A stretch of 64,000 nucleotides of DNA from an uncultured Planctomycetales bacterium. Lineage in GTDB: Bacteria > Omnitrophota > Gorgyraeia > Zapsychrales > Fredricksoniimonadaceae. Shown here one piece after another: positions 10,241 through 20,642 of this stretch; the stretch's first letter is position 1; each line of letters starts with the position of its first letter. Position numbers and translations under genes: made by a program. Under the pieces are notes generated by a model, which was not told the origin of the DNA, searched no databases, and saw nothing but the letters and a program-made list of their open reading frames with translations. The stretch is taken from contig CAZNDZ010000003.1 of the NCBI GenBank assembly GCA_964572155.1, positions 138,224 through 202,223 of the forward strand. The letters run 5' to 3'.

Positions 10241-11142
10241 ATGGCTTTCTTCCTTGCATAAACATCCCGAACTCCAACGGATAGACGCATGAAACGTTGT
10301 TGCAGCATGCTGTTTATTTTAGGGTGTTTGATCAATAACGATAACCCTGGAAATTTACCAAACAAATACGACAAGCTCACATAACGTTTATGACGTTGAT
10401 ACGCACAAATCTCAAAACCATGATTCTTTAAAATTCCCTCCAAGGTTTTGCGGGTAAAATATAACAAATGCATTTCCATCAAGAAAGGATATTTCTTGCG
10501 CATTAGTTTCGCAGACACGCTATCTAAAACCATGGTACTCACCCCAATCACCCCACCACTTTTAAGTAAATCCGCAGCTTTTTTGATCAGAGCATTTGGG
10601 TCGCTGACATGCTCGATCACATCCCACAACACAACTGCATCATACGTGCCATTTTTTTCTTTCGGTAATTCGTCAGTGGATGCCAACAATTTTAAACCAC
10701 GTTTTTGCAAAGCAATCTGTCTTGCCCACGCCGAGAATTCAGCACCTTCAACGTCCCAACCTTTTTTCTTTGCAATTTCTAAATAAACACCGGTATAACT
10801 GCCAATCTCAAAAAGCTTCCCTCTCTTTGGGCAAAATCGATTTAAGTCATCGATGGCCACGCCAAAGGTTTTAAGGCGCCCAGCCTCTTCCTGCAAATAT
10901 AGATTATCTTCAACTTGGGTATAAATATCTTGTAAGGCTTTTGGTGTGGGGCGTCGGCTGGAATACATCAAATGACAATCACTGCATTTTAAAATATCAG
11001 GGAATCGTCCATAGCCCGAGGAGGTGCATGCATAGACAGAAGCATCAACAGCTTTAGTAGTAACGGTACTAGTGCCCTTATAGTAAATGCTGCTTTTTTT
11101 TGAATGACACATCGGGCAATGATCAACCGTTACATAATCCAT
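10237..11142 (-). CDS. Class I SAM-dependent methyltransferase with N-terminal Cys4 zinc ribbon (tandem paralog)
   Basis: CPMCHS...CSDCHLM; FEIGSYTGVY motif I; WDVIEH; LLKSGGVIGVS. Confidence 0.75.
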   Translation of the reverse strand: MDYVTVDHCPMCHSKKSSIYYKGTSTVTTKAVDASVYACTSSGYGRFPDILKCSDCHLMYSSRRPTPKALQDIYTQVEDNLYLQEEAGRLKTFGVAIDDLNRFCPKRGKLFEIGSYTGVYLEIAKKKGWDVEGAEFSAWARQIALQKRGLKLLASTDELPKEKNGTYDAVVLWDVIEHVSDPNALIKKAADLLKSGGVIGVSTMVLDSVSAKLMRKKYPFLMEMHLLYFTRKTLEGILKNHGFEICAYQRHKRYVSLSYLFGKFPGLSLLIKHPKINSMLQQRFMRLSVGVRDVYARKKAI

Positions 11143-11150
11143 ACTTAAAC

Positions 11151-11939
11151 CTAAATGATGATTTTCTTTTTTAAGATTCTAACTTGATATGCCAAAACAA
11201 AAATACGCTCAAGGGCATGTAGAAATTCTTTAGGAGACACCTTAGTTTTCCCCATGGTGCGTTGATTAAAGATAATGGGAACCTCATCGATGCGACACTT
11301 ATTCATGGTTAACCACAATAAAAGCTCGACTAAGAAAATGTATTGTTTAGATTTGATATTCTTTTCAACATCTAAACTCTTTAAGACATTTGTTCGATAA
11401 CAACGAAATCCTGAGGTACAGTCCATGGCTTTAATGCCAAGCAATGTCTTGGCCAGCAAATTACCACCCTTGCTCATCCAACGACGCCATAATTCAAAAT
11501 TTGGGATTTCCCCACCTGGGCAATAGCGCGATCCAATGACCAAATCATTCACCGCGCTCTTCTTTATCATGTCATTGATCACAATGGGATCATGAGATAA
11601 ATCAGAGTCCATGGTGATCACAAAGGTAAAACCAGCCTCTAAAGCCAAAGAAAAACCGGCCAAATACGCAGAACCCAAACCTTGCTTGCCAGCACGTTCA
11701 AAAACAGTGATGCCTGAGATCTTGGTTGACTTTGCTGTGGCTGCCGCGGCAGTGCCGTCGGGAGAACCATCATCAATCACTAAAATCTGCATTTTATTCG
11801 AAACACGCGTGGTGATGCGATCAATCAATTCTGTAACATTCTCAACCTCATTGTAGGTTGGAATAATGACAAGATAATCGCTTCCAATGGCTTGTTTATG
11901 TGCTTTTAATTGAGTTAAAACATCAGACCGCTGCTTCAT
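11151..11939 (-). CDS. Polyprenyl-phosphate sugar synthase, GT2 Dpm1/GtrB/CsbB-like (dolichyl-phosphate mannose synthase family)
   Basis: 262 aa; IIPTYNEVEN, QILVIDDGSPDGT, MDSDLSHDP (DAD-like motif) all in the order seen in DPM1/Ppm1. Confidence 0.85.
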   Translation of the reverse strand: MKQRSDVLTQLKAHKQAIGSDYLVIIPTYNEVENVTELIDRITTRVSNKMQILVIDDGSPDGTAAAATAKSTKISGITVFERAGKQGLGSAYLAGFSLALEAGFTFVITMDSDLSHDPIVINDMIKKSAVNDLVIGSRYCPGGEIPNFELWRRWMSKGGNLLAKTLLGIKAMDCTSGFRCYRTNVLKSLDVEKNIKSKQYIFLVELLLWLTMNKCRIDEVPIIFNQRTMGKTKVSPKEFLHALERIFVLAYQVRILKKKIII

Positions 11940-14025
11940 GCAATGCCCCTTCTTTCTTACGCAATGTGTGAAGCAAAAATATTAGCACAAAAATTGCAAA
12001 AAACATACTGCAACATATATTTCGATAAATCTTCCCCAAAAAGACCAAATCATAGCGATGCACCCCTGCAACAGGCTTAATATGAATCATACCAAAAGGA
12101 CCCGACTTAAGCGCATCTTCCTTTAATACACCATCGACCTTAACCTTCCAATCTGGATGGTAATTGATGCTAGCCATCAAATCTTTACCCTCAAAATCCC
12201 CTTGCCATGACATATGACTTGGCGCATACGCATCAAGGCCAACGCGTTCGAACGCTAAAAACGTTTCTGGTTTTATGTCCTGACCTTGCGCCACGGCAAA
12301 AATGCGTGATGCGGGATCTTTGATCCTGTATAGAAAATGATCTGGTGTTTCTAAAAGATATGGGCTAAAAAATTTCGACGCTTTAGGAAAATCAACGCGC
12401 ACCTGCTCTTGCAAGATAAGGCTTGGATGTGTGATGGGCGCACTAGAACGGATAAAGGCTGTATTATTTAACCTAAGCCACCCTAGAATCGCATCTACAT
12501 TCTGATCCCACGTGGCCCGCACCAATTCGACGCGATTATTCCAACCTTTAAATGAACAATAATCTGCATCTTTGATCACATACGCATTCCAATTGGCGGC
12601 ATCGACCTTGTTGTAAAAAACGCTAACACCGTCGAAAGTCTCTTGCCCTCGCATTTGTGCTTGGGCGGGATAAAAGGCTGGATGCCAACATTCATCACTG
12701 AGTGTGACAACACGATAAGGATATAACGTGTGCTCATATTTGAATTGATCTTGATACAGATAGCCATACGGTACATCCTCATAATGCTTGACGCTATAAA
12801 TCTTGCAGGGCAATAAGAATATAAGGCATAAAATCAACATCTTCGTCGGTGTTTTTGCCTTCTCAAGAACATGAAAGGCAACATAACCTATGCTAAGCAA
12901 GCTAAAGACCACATACATCATGCCAACACTGCGGGAAATCCACTGGCTCTTTAATGCCAATACAGCGACGATTATCCAGCAGGCTACACCTGCTACAATT
13001 TTTTTGCTGATCTTTATTGGATGATGTTCAATTAAATAAATGATCAAAAACAGCATTAAGACAGAAGAATAAAAACTCAACCGCGACCATGCAAACGATG
13101 TGATATTAAATATTGGGATTGTTTTAAAGTAAGCACTTTGTGAAATAAAAATAAGGATGAGTACAAATATAAATAAAACCCAACGGGCAACGGGAATCTT
13201 ATAAAACTGAAATAATGCAACAACAGCAAGGCAGGGAAACCAAAAATTCATTTGCCGTATGCCATCCCACAAATTTTGCCATGATAGCACGCCACCCGCC
13301 GTAACCCATATAGTCCGATTTGAATGCCCCCATGTAAAGAAATATCCAATGAGATTGGGCCAATAAAAACAGGCATACACCGCCCAGAATCCACACCAAA
13401 ACATTATATTAATCCCACGTCGCTCTTTCGATGAAAGCAAGACAACAGCCAGCAAATGCACCATTGGCGCCATAGGTACAGTGTACGGCGGATACGAAAT
13501 AAACAGGCTTACCAATAACAATAAAAACCTAGTTATGCCCCCTATTGGTCGACGACCAATAGATGTTGCAGCTATAAATAACACGACTAGAAATGTTTGA
13601 GTAACAAATGGGTTCTCATTAAACCAATAAAACATGGATAAATGAAATAAACTCCCGTAAATCGCTGACAGATGCCTGTAACCTAGAAAATTAAAGAAAA
13701 ATACATACGTTCCAGCGAGGATTAAGAACTCAATTAAGATCTGGAAAATTGTAAATGCCAACGAGGCTGGCATAAAAACTGAAAGGATGGAACATAAATG
13801 CTGAGGCTGGACACTGCCAACATGGGCTGGGGCGCCCCGCAGGATTGAGGCATCCCACTGATTATCACTGGGGTTTTTCCAAAACTTGGCCCCTTGATCA
13901 AACTTTGGCACATACATATCAGCAACATCGGTGCGTTTTACTGGACCATGTTCTCCCAGCCATAATCGTGGCACATTAAGAAGCACCACGATTAAGAAAA
14001 ACATCACAAAAATCTTACGCATCAA
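11923..14025 (-). CDS. Large polytopic membrane protein with C-terminal soluble domain, GT-C-like, paralog B
   Basis: 700 aa; colinear with 7242-9347 (shared blocks HLCSxLSxFxPASLxxTIFQI, YWFNENPFV, ETFDGVSVFYN). Confidence 0.55.
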   Translation of the reverse strand: MMRKIFVMFFLIVVLLNVPRLWLGEHGPVKRTDVADMYVPKFDQGAKFWKNPSDNQWDASILRGAPAHVGSVQPQHLCSILSVFMPASLAFTIFQILIEFLILAGTYVFFFNFLGYRHLSAIYGSLFHLSMFYWFNENPFVTQTFLVVLFIAATSIGRRPIGGITRFLLLLVSLFISYPPYTVPMAPMVHLLAVVLLSSKERRGINIMFWCGFWAVYACFYWPNLIGYFFTWGHSNRTIWVTAGGVLSWQNLWDGIRQMNFWFPCLAVVALFQFYKIPVARWVLFIFVLILIFISQSAYFKTIPIFNITSFAWSRLSFYSSVLMLFLIIYLIEHHPIKISKKIVAGVACWIIVAVLALKSQWISRSVGMMYVVFSLLSIGYVAFHVLEKAKTPTKMLILCLIFLLPCKIYSVKHYEDVPYGYLYQDQFKYEHTLYPYRVVTLSDECWHPAFYPAQAQMRGQETFDGVSVFYNKVDAANWNAYVIKDADYCSFKGWNNRVELVRATWDQNVDAILGWLRLNNTAFIRSSAPITHPSLILQEQVRVDFPKASKFFSPYLLETPDHFLYRIKDPASRIFAVAQGQDIKPETFLAFERVGLDAYAPSHMSWQGDFEGKDLMASINYHPDWKVKVDGVLKEDALKSGPFGMIHIKPVAGVHRYDLVFLGKIYRNICCSMFFAIFVLIFLLHTLRKKEGALHEAAV

Positions 14026-14950
14026 GCACTTGCTCCCAATATGCGACCAAGTCCTCCAAAGAACGATCTAAATCATAGGACATTTGAAATCCTAGATTTC
14101 TTAATTTTTCATTATTACCAACGATAACAGGGCTGTCGATTGGACGCATTAAATTGGGATCTTGAACAAAATTATTACCAATCTTGGTCTTTTGACAGAT
14201 TTTTGCTAACACCTCTCGAAGTGCAATGCCTTTACCGCTGCACACATTATAAACTTCCGCGCGCTTACCCTTATCTAGAATACACAAATAGGCACGGACC
14301 ACATCGCGCACGTCCATCAAGTCACGGACAATATCAACATTACCACAGCTAATGTGTTTTGATTTACCACGTTTAACCTCGACAGCCTGACGGACAAAAG
14401 AACTGATAACAAAACGATCGCTTTGACCGGGTCCCAAATGATTAAACGAACGGGTGCATACAATATCTAACCCATAACCTGCAGCATAAACCTTGGATAA
14501 ATGTTCTTGTGCAACACGGGCAACAGCGTATGGGCTCAATGGACTTAAAACATGTGTTTCGCAAAGAGGCAGATCTTCTTTTTTAACAATCCCATATTCT
14601 TCAGAAGAACCAACAGATAAAATACGGCAGTTTAATTTCAGGCGACGAACAACCTCGACGAGATTTAAGAATATATTGGTATTATTAATAAAACACTCGA
14701 CCGGTTCTTGCCAACTAAAAGCCACCGAACTTGCAGAAGCCAAATGAATGATGCGTTCTGGCTTAACTTCAATAATGAGAGCTTCTAAGGCTTTTTGATC
14801 TATTAGAGAAAGCTGCCTAAAATCAACGCCCTGAATATTTTCCTTAACCGCAGTTGTGCCTACACTTACAATCTCATGGCCCTCTTTACGCAGCGCATCT
14901 ATCAAATGCCCCCCAACAAAACCCGAGCCTCCTGTGACCAAATATTTCAT
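14015..14950 (-). CDS. NAD-dependent epimerase/dehydratase family SDR, GDP-4-keto-6-deoxy-sugar reductase-like; start placed at internal Met preceding the Rossmann motif
   Basis: MKYLVTGGSGFVGGHL glycine-rich loop; SPYAVARVAQE YxxxK region; track ORF extends 22 codons upstream to 15016. Confidence 0.7.
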   Translation of the reverse strand: MKYLVTGGSGFVGGHLIDALRKEGHEIVSVGTTAVKENIQGVDFRQLSLIDQKALEALIIEVKPERIIHLASASSVAFSWQEPVECFINNTNIFLNLVEVVRRLKLNCRILSVGSSEEYGIVKKEDLPLCETHVLSPLSPYAVARVAQEHLSKVYAAGYGLDIVCTRSFNHLGPGQSDRFVISSFVRQAVEVKRGKSKHISCGNVDIVRDLMDVRDVVRAYLCILDKGKRAEVYNVCSGKGIALREVLAKICQKTKIGNNFVQDPNLMRPIDSPVIVGNNEKLRNLGFQMSYDLDRSLEDLVAYWEQVLDA

Positions 14951-15067
14951 GAATTTTATATCCTTGTGTTTAAATGAACACTTGATTATAAAACCACATC
15001 TGTCTCTGTCAAGCAAATGTGACTAGCTATTGAATTATCCAACATAAAACGTTACTATACGTGAAAT

Positions 15068-16603
15068 ATGCCACCCAAACGTAATCTAATCTTTCTATTT
15101 TGCTTAGGCCTTCTCATTCTCTGGCCTCATCACAACTACCAAGAAGCACTAGCCCAAGGTGATCACGGACGGGACCTATACGCTTTCCAAGCCGTATATG
15201 AAGGTCAATTACCTTATAAAGATTTTTGGTGGGTTTATGGTCCTATTGCTCCATATTATTATGGAATATTCTATAAAATTCTTGGGGTAAGTATCCATAG
15301 CATTTTAATTGGCCAGATGATCTTACAACTGTTAACAGGATTTGTTGTTTATTTGATCGCCCGCATGATGATATCCCCTCTAGCAGCTCTTTTATGTGCC
15401 TGTTGGAGTCTAGCGTTCTGGCAAGACTTTATCTTTACCTATAACCATACCTTAGGCATTCTATTTATCGCCCTGATGTTATTTTTCTTATGTCGATTTC
15501 TAAACCAAGTCAAAAAATCAGACATCACCTGGATATTCATCTGCATTTTTATCATTGGCCTAGTTAAGATTAATTTTGGGATTGTAAACTTAATTCTTTG
15601 CTCCCTTGTGCTCTTTCGTAAAAAATCATTATCTTGGATTCCCGTCATTGCTACATTCTTAGGATGGATATTTGCCTATTGGTTTTTCTTACGAGGCTTA
15701 TCAATTTCAGAAATTCGAGAATGCATGCCCTATTGGGGCGATTATCAACCGCATAATATCAGCCTCATTGAAGCTGTGCGCCTCTTTATTGAAAATACCT
15801 ATACCGATTTGCTCAAAACCCCAACAGCCATGGTTCTAGGCATTTTGACCATCATCGCTATGGCGCGTCTTATCATCACTCAAAACATTTTAGAAAAACA
15901 ATTTCTTACAACCTTGGTTCTCTTAGCTGCATTTTATATTCTAAATTTACACGAATTCATTAAAAGCGGAGTTTGGTATCGCATCGCATGGGGACAAGCC
16001 ATTTCATTCCTATTGCTTTTCTTTATCATTGATTATGCTTTCAAGATGCGAAGAAATATTTTCTACTGGATTATCTGGGGCATCGTCGCTATCACGTTAT
16101 GCATTCATGTCTATGATCAACATAAAAAAATCAATGCTTACAAAACCCCGTCACATTTTATTTCTTTGCCGCGTGGGCAAGTTTATACTACACAAATGAC
16201 GTCTCACTGGATCGGCTCGATTGAACAAGCGACAAATTTCTTAACTAAAACACTGAAACCATCAGACATGTTCTTTGCGCTCCCATACGATCCATTATAT
16301 TATTACCTAACCAATCAAAATAGCCCGACACGCCAGTTGATATTTTTTGAACATACCTATATTCCTCAAGCACAGGAAATCAAGATCATTCAAGAATTAG
16401 AATCACATCCCATCACCCATATTGTTCTATCAAACTTCTTCAAAACCGATGACCACTATCGGGGTACATTAGGAGCCACCTATTGTCCTTTAATTGCATC
16501 ATACATTTTTCAAAACTTTACACCGGTTGCACAATTAGGTGAATGGAATGATGCGCCAGGTTGGGCTGACCATCATGGGGTGACTGTTTTACAAAGAAAA
16601 TAA
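15068..16603 (+). CDS. Polytopic membrane protein, putative GT-C-like glycosyltransferase (loop motif GQLPYKDFWW)
   Basis: 511 aa, about 12 predicted helices; first-loop motif shared with 49948-51531. Confidence 0.45.
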   Translation: MPPKRNLIFLFCLGLLILWPHHNYQEALAQGDHGRDLYAFQAVYEGQLPYKDFWWVYGPIAPYYYGIFYKILGVSIHSILIGQMILQLLTGFVVYLIARMMISPLAALLCACWSLAFWQDFIFTYNHTLGILFIALMLFFLCRFLNQVKKSDITWIFICIFIIGLVKINFGIVNLILCSLVLFRKKSLSWIPVIATFLGWIFAYWFFLRGLSISEIRECMPYWGDYQPHNISLIEAVRLFIENTYTDLLKTPTAMVLGILTIIAMARLIITQNILEKQFLTTLVLLAAFYILNLHEFIKSGVWYRIAWGQAISFLLLFFIIDYAFKMRRNIFYWIIWGIVAITLCIHVYDQHKKINAYKTPSHFISLPRGQVYTTQMTSHWIGSIEQATNFLTKTLKPSDMFFALPYDPLYYYLTNQNSPTRQLIFFEHTYIPQAQEIKIIQELESHPITHIVLSNFFKTDDHYRGTLGATYCPLIASYIFQNFTPVAQLGEWNDAPGWADHHGVTVLQRK

Positions 16604-16605
16604 TC

Positions 16606-18441
16606 ATGCGACACAACTTTCTTTTCACATCTCTTATCGTCGGTGTATTGATCACCCTATCTACAGAAGCGCTTAGCTTATTTCACGCCATCAACTCATT
16701 ATGGATCACTTTGTTATGGGCTTGTATTTTAGTTGCCGTAATTTTTCAATTTCGCAAATCGCTATTTAGCTTCCCTAAGTTCCCCTCACTAGAAACTTTT
16801 GAATGGATCATGTTAGCTGGCATTGGCCTCTTCTTGCTTATCCTTGGGATCATTGCCTTCTTTGCGCCGCCCAATACGTGGGATTCCATGACCTATCACA
16901 TGCCGCGCGTCATGCATTGGATACAAAATCGCACCGTCGATTATTACCCAACGTATGACGAACGTCAGATTTGGAAAAGCACGTTTGCTGAATATGCCAT
17001 CTTGCATTTACAAATGCTATGCCATAGTGATAGATGTGCAAACTTTGTTCAATGGTTTTGCTACATAGGCAACATCATTGGTGTCACGTTGATTACAAAA
17101 ACACTAAATGGAGATCGTTTTACACAAATTTTTTCTGCTGTGATTGCTGCGACGATACCTATGAGCATTCTAGAGGCATCCGGCACACAAAATGACCTCG
17201 TTGCTTCATTCTGGATGGTTGCTTTTACCTACTTTATTTTGGCATGGCATAAAGTGCCCAACCTAAAAAATGCTCTCTGCATAGCTGCAAGTTTAAGTTT
17301 AAGCCTTGCGACCAAAGAAATTAATTTCATTTACGCCTTACCTATACTTTTAATGTTCCTTGTCTTAGGTGTTAAAGATCATCCCCGCAAGATCCTTCTA
17401 CCTCTATTTTGGATCGTTGTCCTCGTGCTTTTAATCAATGGTCCACATTGGTTGCGAAATTATCAGCTCTATGAAAACCCTCTATCAACATCATCGACAA
17501 CAGAGTCATTTATCTTAGAAGATCATCATCCCATGACGCTTTTGTCTAATATCATCCTTAATATTGGCAATCATCTAAAAACACCTTGGGAAGAATTAAA
17601 TACCGTCTTCCAGAATCTGATCGCCTTAATTCACCAATGGATGGGAACAAGCATCGAGACATCTAAAGCCAATCCAAATAATTTTCACTATGTGCAAAGC
17701 CCATTGCACGAAGATAATGCAGGCAATTTCTTACACGCCCTACTGATCATCATCTCATTTGGCCTTTGTCTTTTTATTCGTCGACTAAGATCACCCATGA
17801 TGTTAACGTTTTGCTTATCTGTTGCTTGCCTTTTCCTATGTTTTATTTGGTTTATGAAATGGTCTATTTTTCATAATCGTGTCCAACTGCCCATATTCAT
17901 CTTATTTAGCCCCATCATTGCGATCACGTTGTCAGAAATCTTTAAACGTAATGTGTCATTTGCCATAGCCTTGATTTTATTGACATCGGCTTTGCCATGG
18001 CTGATTTCTAATGTCTCGCGCCCTCTAATTGGCAAAAACAATATCTTTGTAACACCGCGAAACCAACAATACTTTGCAAACTTAAAAAGTGCAGCAGCAT
18101 CATATGCTGATGTTGCTTTAGAAATTCAAAATTACCAATGTCACAATGTTGGTTACGGCTTAGGAGACGATCGATTTGAGTATCCGTTATGGATAATTCT
18201 CAAAAAGAATAATTGGAAAGACCTACGCATTGAGCACATGTTAGGCAACACCCCCTCGTTCGCTAAACTTTCATATCCTCTTGGAAACTTCACACCGTGT
18301 GCTATTCTTCAACAAGGATTAGCCAAAGAGACTAGCTTTATGCATAATAATGAATATTACATCCTGACCTTACATAGGCCATTCTTAAATGTTTACATCA
18401 ATGTTAAATGGGGCATGATGATGCAAGGACGTCAACAATGA
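16606..18441 (+). CDS. Polytopic membrane protein, putative GT-C-like glycosyltransferase
   Basis: 611 aa; many TM helices; first periplasmic loop PPNTWDSMTYHMP with acidic residue in ArnT/PMT-like position. Confidence 0.45.
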   Translation: MRHNFLFTSLIVGVLITLSTEALSLFHAINSLWITLLWACILVAVIFQFRKSLFSFPKFPSLETFEWIMLAGIGLFLLILGIIAFFAPPNTWDSMTYHMPRVMHWIQNRTVDYYPTYDERQIWKSTFAEYAILHLQMLCHSDRCANFVQWFCYIGNIIGVTLITKTLNGDRFTQIFSAVIAATIPMSILEASGTQNDLVASFWMVAFTYFILAWHKVPNLKNALCIAASLSLSLATKEINFIYALPILLMFLVLGVKDHPRKILLPLFWIVVLVLLINGPHWLRNYQLYENPLSTSSTTESFILEDHHPMTLLSNIILNIGNHLKTPWEELNTVFQNLIALIHQWMGTSIETSKANPNNFHYVQSPLHEDNAGNFLHALLIIISFGLCLFIRRLRSPMMLTFCLSVACLFLCFIWFMKWSIFHNRVQLPIFILFSPIIAITLSEIFKRNVSFAIALILLTSALPWLISNVSRPLIGKNNIFVTPRNQQYFANLKSAAASYADVALEIQNYQCHNVGYGLGDDRFEYPLWIILKKNNWKDLRIEHMLGNTPSFAKLSYPLGNFTPCAILQQGLAKETSFMHNNEYYILTLHRPFLNVYINVKWGMMMQGRQQ

Positions 18442-20642
18442 TATTCGCTCTAGCAAGTTTTCTAGTCTTATGTTTTTCATGGACTTTTCTAACGGGAAAC
18501 TATATCCCGGCCCACGATACACTGCATAATTTTGACTTGTTTTACTTCTTTTATAATCAGTTCTACACAACAGGGCACATTGCTCAATGGATGCCCAATT
18601 ATACCTATGGGCTACCCGCGGGATATTGGCAGATATTTGCCGTCTCACCGACTGCCTACTTTTGCATGCTCATGGGCTTTATTTTCAAAATACCAAATGC
18701 CTTGTTTTTATTTAACCTATCATTTTTCTTAGAGAACATCATTTTTGTATATGGCATGTACTTACTTGCTAAAGAATTATTTCTGCTTAATTCAACCCGA
18801 CTCTTTGTCTGCCTGTCTGCAACCTCAATACATGCCATCATTGGTCAATCGTGTTTCGGCATACAAATTTTCTACATTTTTCCCCTTGCCGCATTTTGCC
18901 TACTGCGTTTTATGTCGACGAAAAACCCAACATTTTTTTGGCTGTGTGGATTAACGGTTATCTTTGGCGCGATTGGCAACACCCTATATTTCCCATTTAT
19001 TTGGATTGTAGCACTGTCCGTTTTATTCATCGGCTTTACACTTAAATCAACAAACCCTCTAAAACCTTTATTGTCATTAAAGGCAAATAATATTGCTTTA
19101 GGTGCCTTGTTCATTTTTATGGCTGCTTGTTTTTATCTAACCATCAGCGAATTGCCCCATTTTGCTCAAATGCCTTTTAGAGCCGATGGCAAAGCCTCCA
19201 ATTCACTTGGCATGTTCTTAACCTATGGAGATTATTTGGATTTAAAGAAACTCCTTACGTGGTCGATATTCGGAAACAATTGGAGTTTTTATATAGGCAT
19301 GATTCCTTGTTTATTTTTTATCTATGCCTTGATCAAAGAACGTTCTCGCAAATTCTTTGTTTTCCTAAGTGCCACCGTCGTGATAGCTTGTCTGACATTC
19401 GCAGGTATCGTTGCCGTGTTCCTTTATTTCTTCCCTGGCATGTCGTTGTATCGCCACCTAGGCATGTCTTACGATTTGCTAAAACCACTCCTATTAATTT
19501 GTGCTGGGTTTGGATGGGAATACTTCTTTAAACATCATGACTCCAAAAAATTCTTTCTGCTTTTGTGTTTACCTTTCATTCTGATTATTTTGACTGATGC
19601 CTTGGGTATATCCAGAGAATGGCTTGCCGAAATATCGACGAATAAAGCCCTTTTAAAATCAACGCTCTTTACATTTGATGTCTCCTCACCGTTAATGCGT
19701 CTGTGCATCAATGCGGCGGGTTTATTGCTTGTAACAACACTTGTCTTTAAGAAGACAAAGCGCATTGAACCATTGGCTAAATCAATCTTGATTGCCGTTG
19801 TATTATTAGACATTGCCTCATTTGAATATGCGATCTATCAAAATTCTCAAAGCTATTTATTACCCAAAAGCAGCCCCTACACATACACCCTCAATGCTGC
19901 GCCTTTAAAATACCAAGAACAACGGCTAATGGCTCCTTTAGAATCTCGCCCCAAAGATGCATGGAAATTGAAACATGGTGATGAAGCAGGATATATTTTC
20001 TATGCTTCTGCCTATAGTTTTATTGGGTACGAACCTTGTGAATCAAGTGCACGCCAAGATTTTGTACCATATAGAACGATTGACATCTTACCGATTAAAA
20101 AGCTATTTAACCCGAAAAATGGTTATGCCATTTTTGGTTGCAGCGCTCCCAAGATGCGCTTAGTTTCAAATGTAATCTACGCACCAAAATTAGGCGATAT
20201 GCTAGCAACTTTAACCAATACCGATATAACAAATGCCGTGATTTTATCTGACCTATCTTTTTCATCAGCCCCACAAAGCCTGACCAATCCTAAACCACCT
20301 TTAGATCAACATATCACTATCAATCACTTTGATAGCAATAAGGTTGAGTTAGATGTGAATGTGCCAAGCACGCATGATGCAATGCTGGTGTATGCGGATT
20401 CATATCATCATGGATGGAAAGCATTTGTCGACGATAGAGAAGTTAAAGTTAATGCGGCTTATGGAGCTTTTAAATCGATCCATGTTCCCGCAGGAAATCA
20501 TCATGTGCGTTTTGAATTTTCAAATGGCTTACGCACATGGTGCAGCTACTTTATTGCTTTCTTTGGCTTGATGGCATGTGTTGTTCTTATCTTCTTCATG
20601 ATCCAAGCATCGTTCCATAAACATAACCAACACAATAAATAA
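18438..20642 (+). CDS. Polytopic membrane protein with C-terminal soluble domain, YfhO/GT-C-like; start taken at ATG overlapping the upstream stop (ATGA)
   Basis: About 734 aa; about 13 TM helices then about 200-aa hydrophilic domain and terminal TM helix. Confidence 0.45.
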   Translation: MIFALASFLVLCFSWTFLTGNYIPAHDTLHNFDLFYFFYNQFYTTGHIAQWMPNYTYGLPAGYWQIFAVSPTAYFCMLMGFIFKIPNALFLFNLSFFLENIIFVYGMYLLAKELFLLNSTRLFVCLSATSIHAIIGQSCFGIQIFYIFPLAAFCLLRFMSTKNPTFFWLCGLTVIFGAIGNTLYFPFIWIVALSVLFIGFTLKSTNPLKPLLSLKANNIALGALFIFMAACFYLTISELPHFAQMPFRADGKASNSLGMFLTYGDYLDLKKLLTWSIFGNNWSFYIGMIPCLFFIYALIKERSRKFFVFLSATVVIACLTFAGIVAVFLYFFPGMSLYRHLGMSYDLLKPLLLICAGFGWEYFFKHHDSKKFFLLLCLPFILIILTDALGISREWLAEISTNKALLKSTLFTFDVSSPLMRLCINAAGLLLVTTLVFKKTKRIEPLAKSILIAVVLLDIASFEYAIYQNSQSYLLPKSSPYTYTLNAAPLKYQEQRLMAPLESRPKDAWKLKHGDEAGYIFYASAYSFIGYEPCESSARQDFVPYRTIDILPIKKLFNPKNGYAIFGCSAPKMRLVSNVIYAPKLGDMLATLTNTDITNAVILSDLSFSSAPQSLTNPKPPLDQHITINHFDSNKVELDVNVPSTHDAMLVYADSYHHGWKAFVDDREVKVNAAYGAFKSIHVPAGNHHVRFEFSNGLRTWCSYFIAFFGLMACVVLIFFMIQASFHKHNQHNK

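Noticed and set aside
14951-15016. N-terminal 22-codon extension of the SDR gene in the ORF track
   Set aside because: Rossmann GxxGxxG begins right after the internal Met MKYLVTGGSG. The extension would occupy the divergent promoter region.
18408-18437. Upstream start for the 744-aa ORF
   Set aside because: An ATG at 18438 overlaps the preceding stop as ATGA, the common coupled arrangement in this locus.
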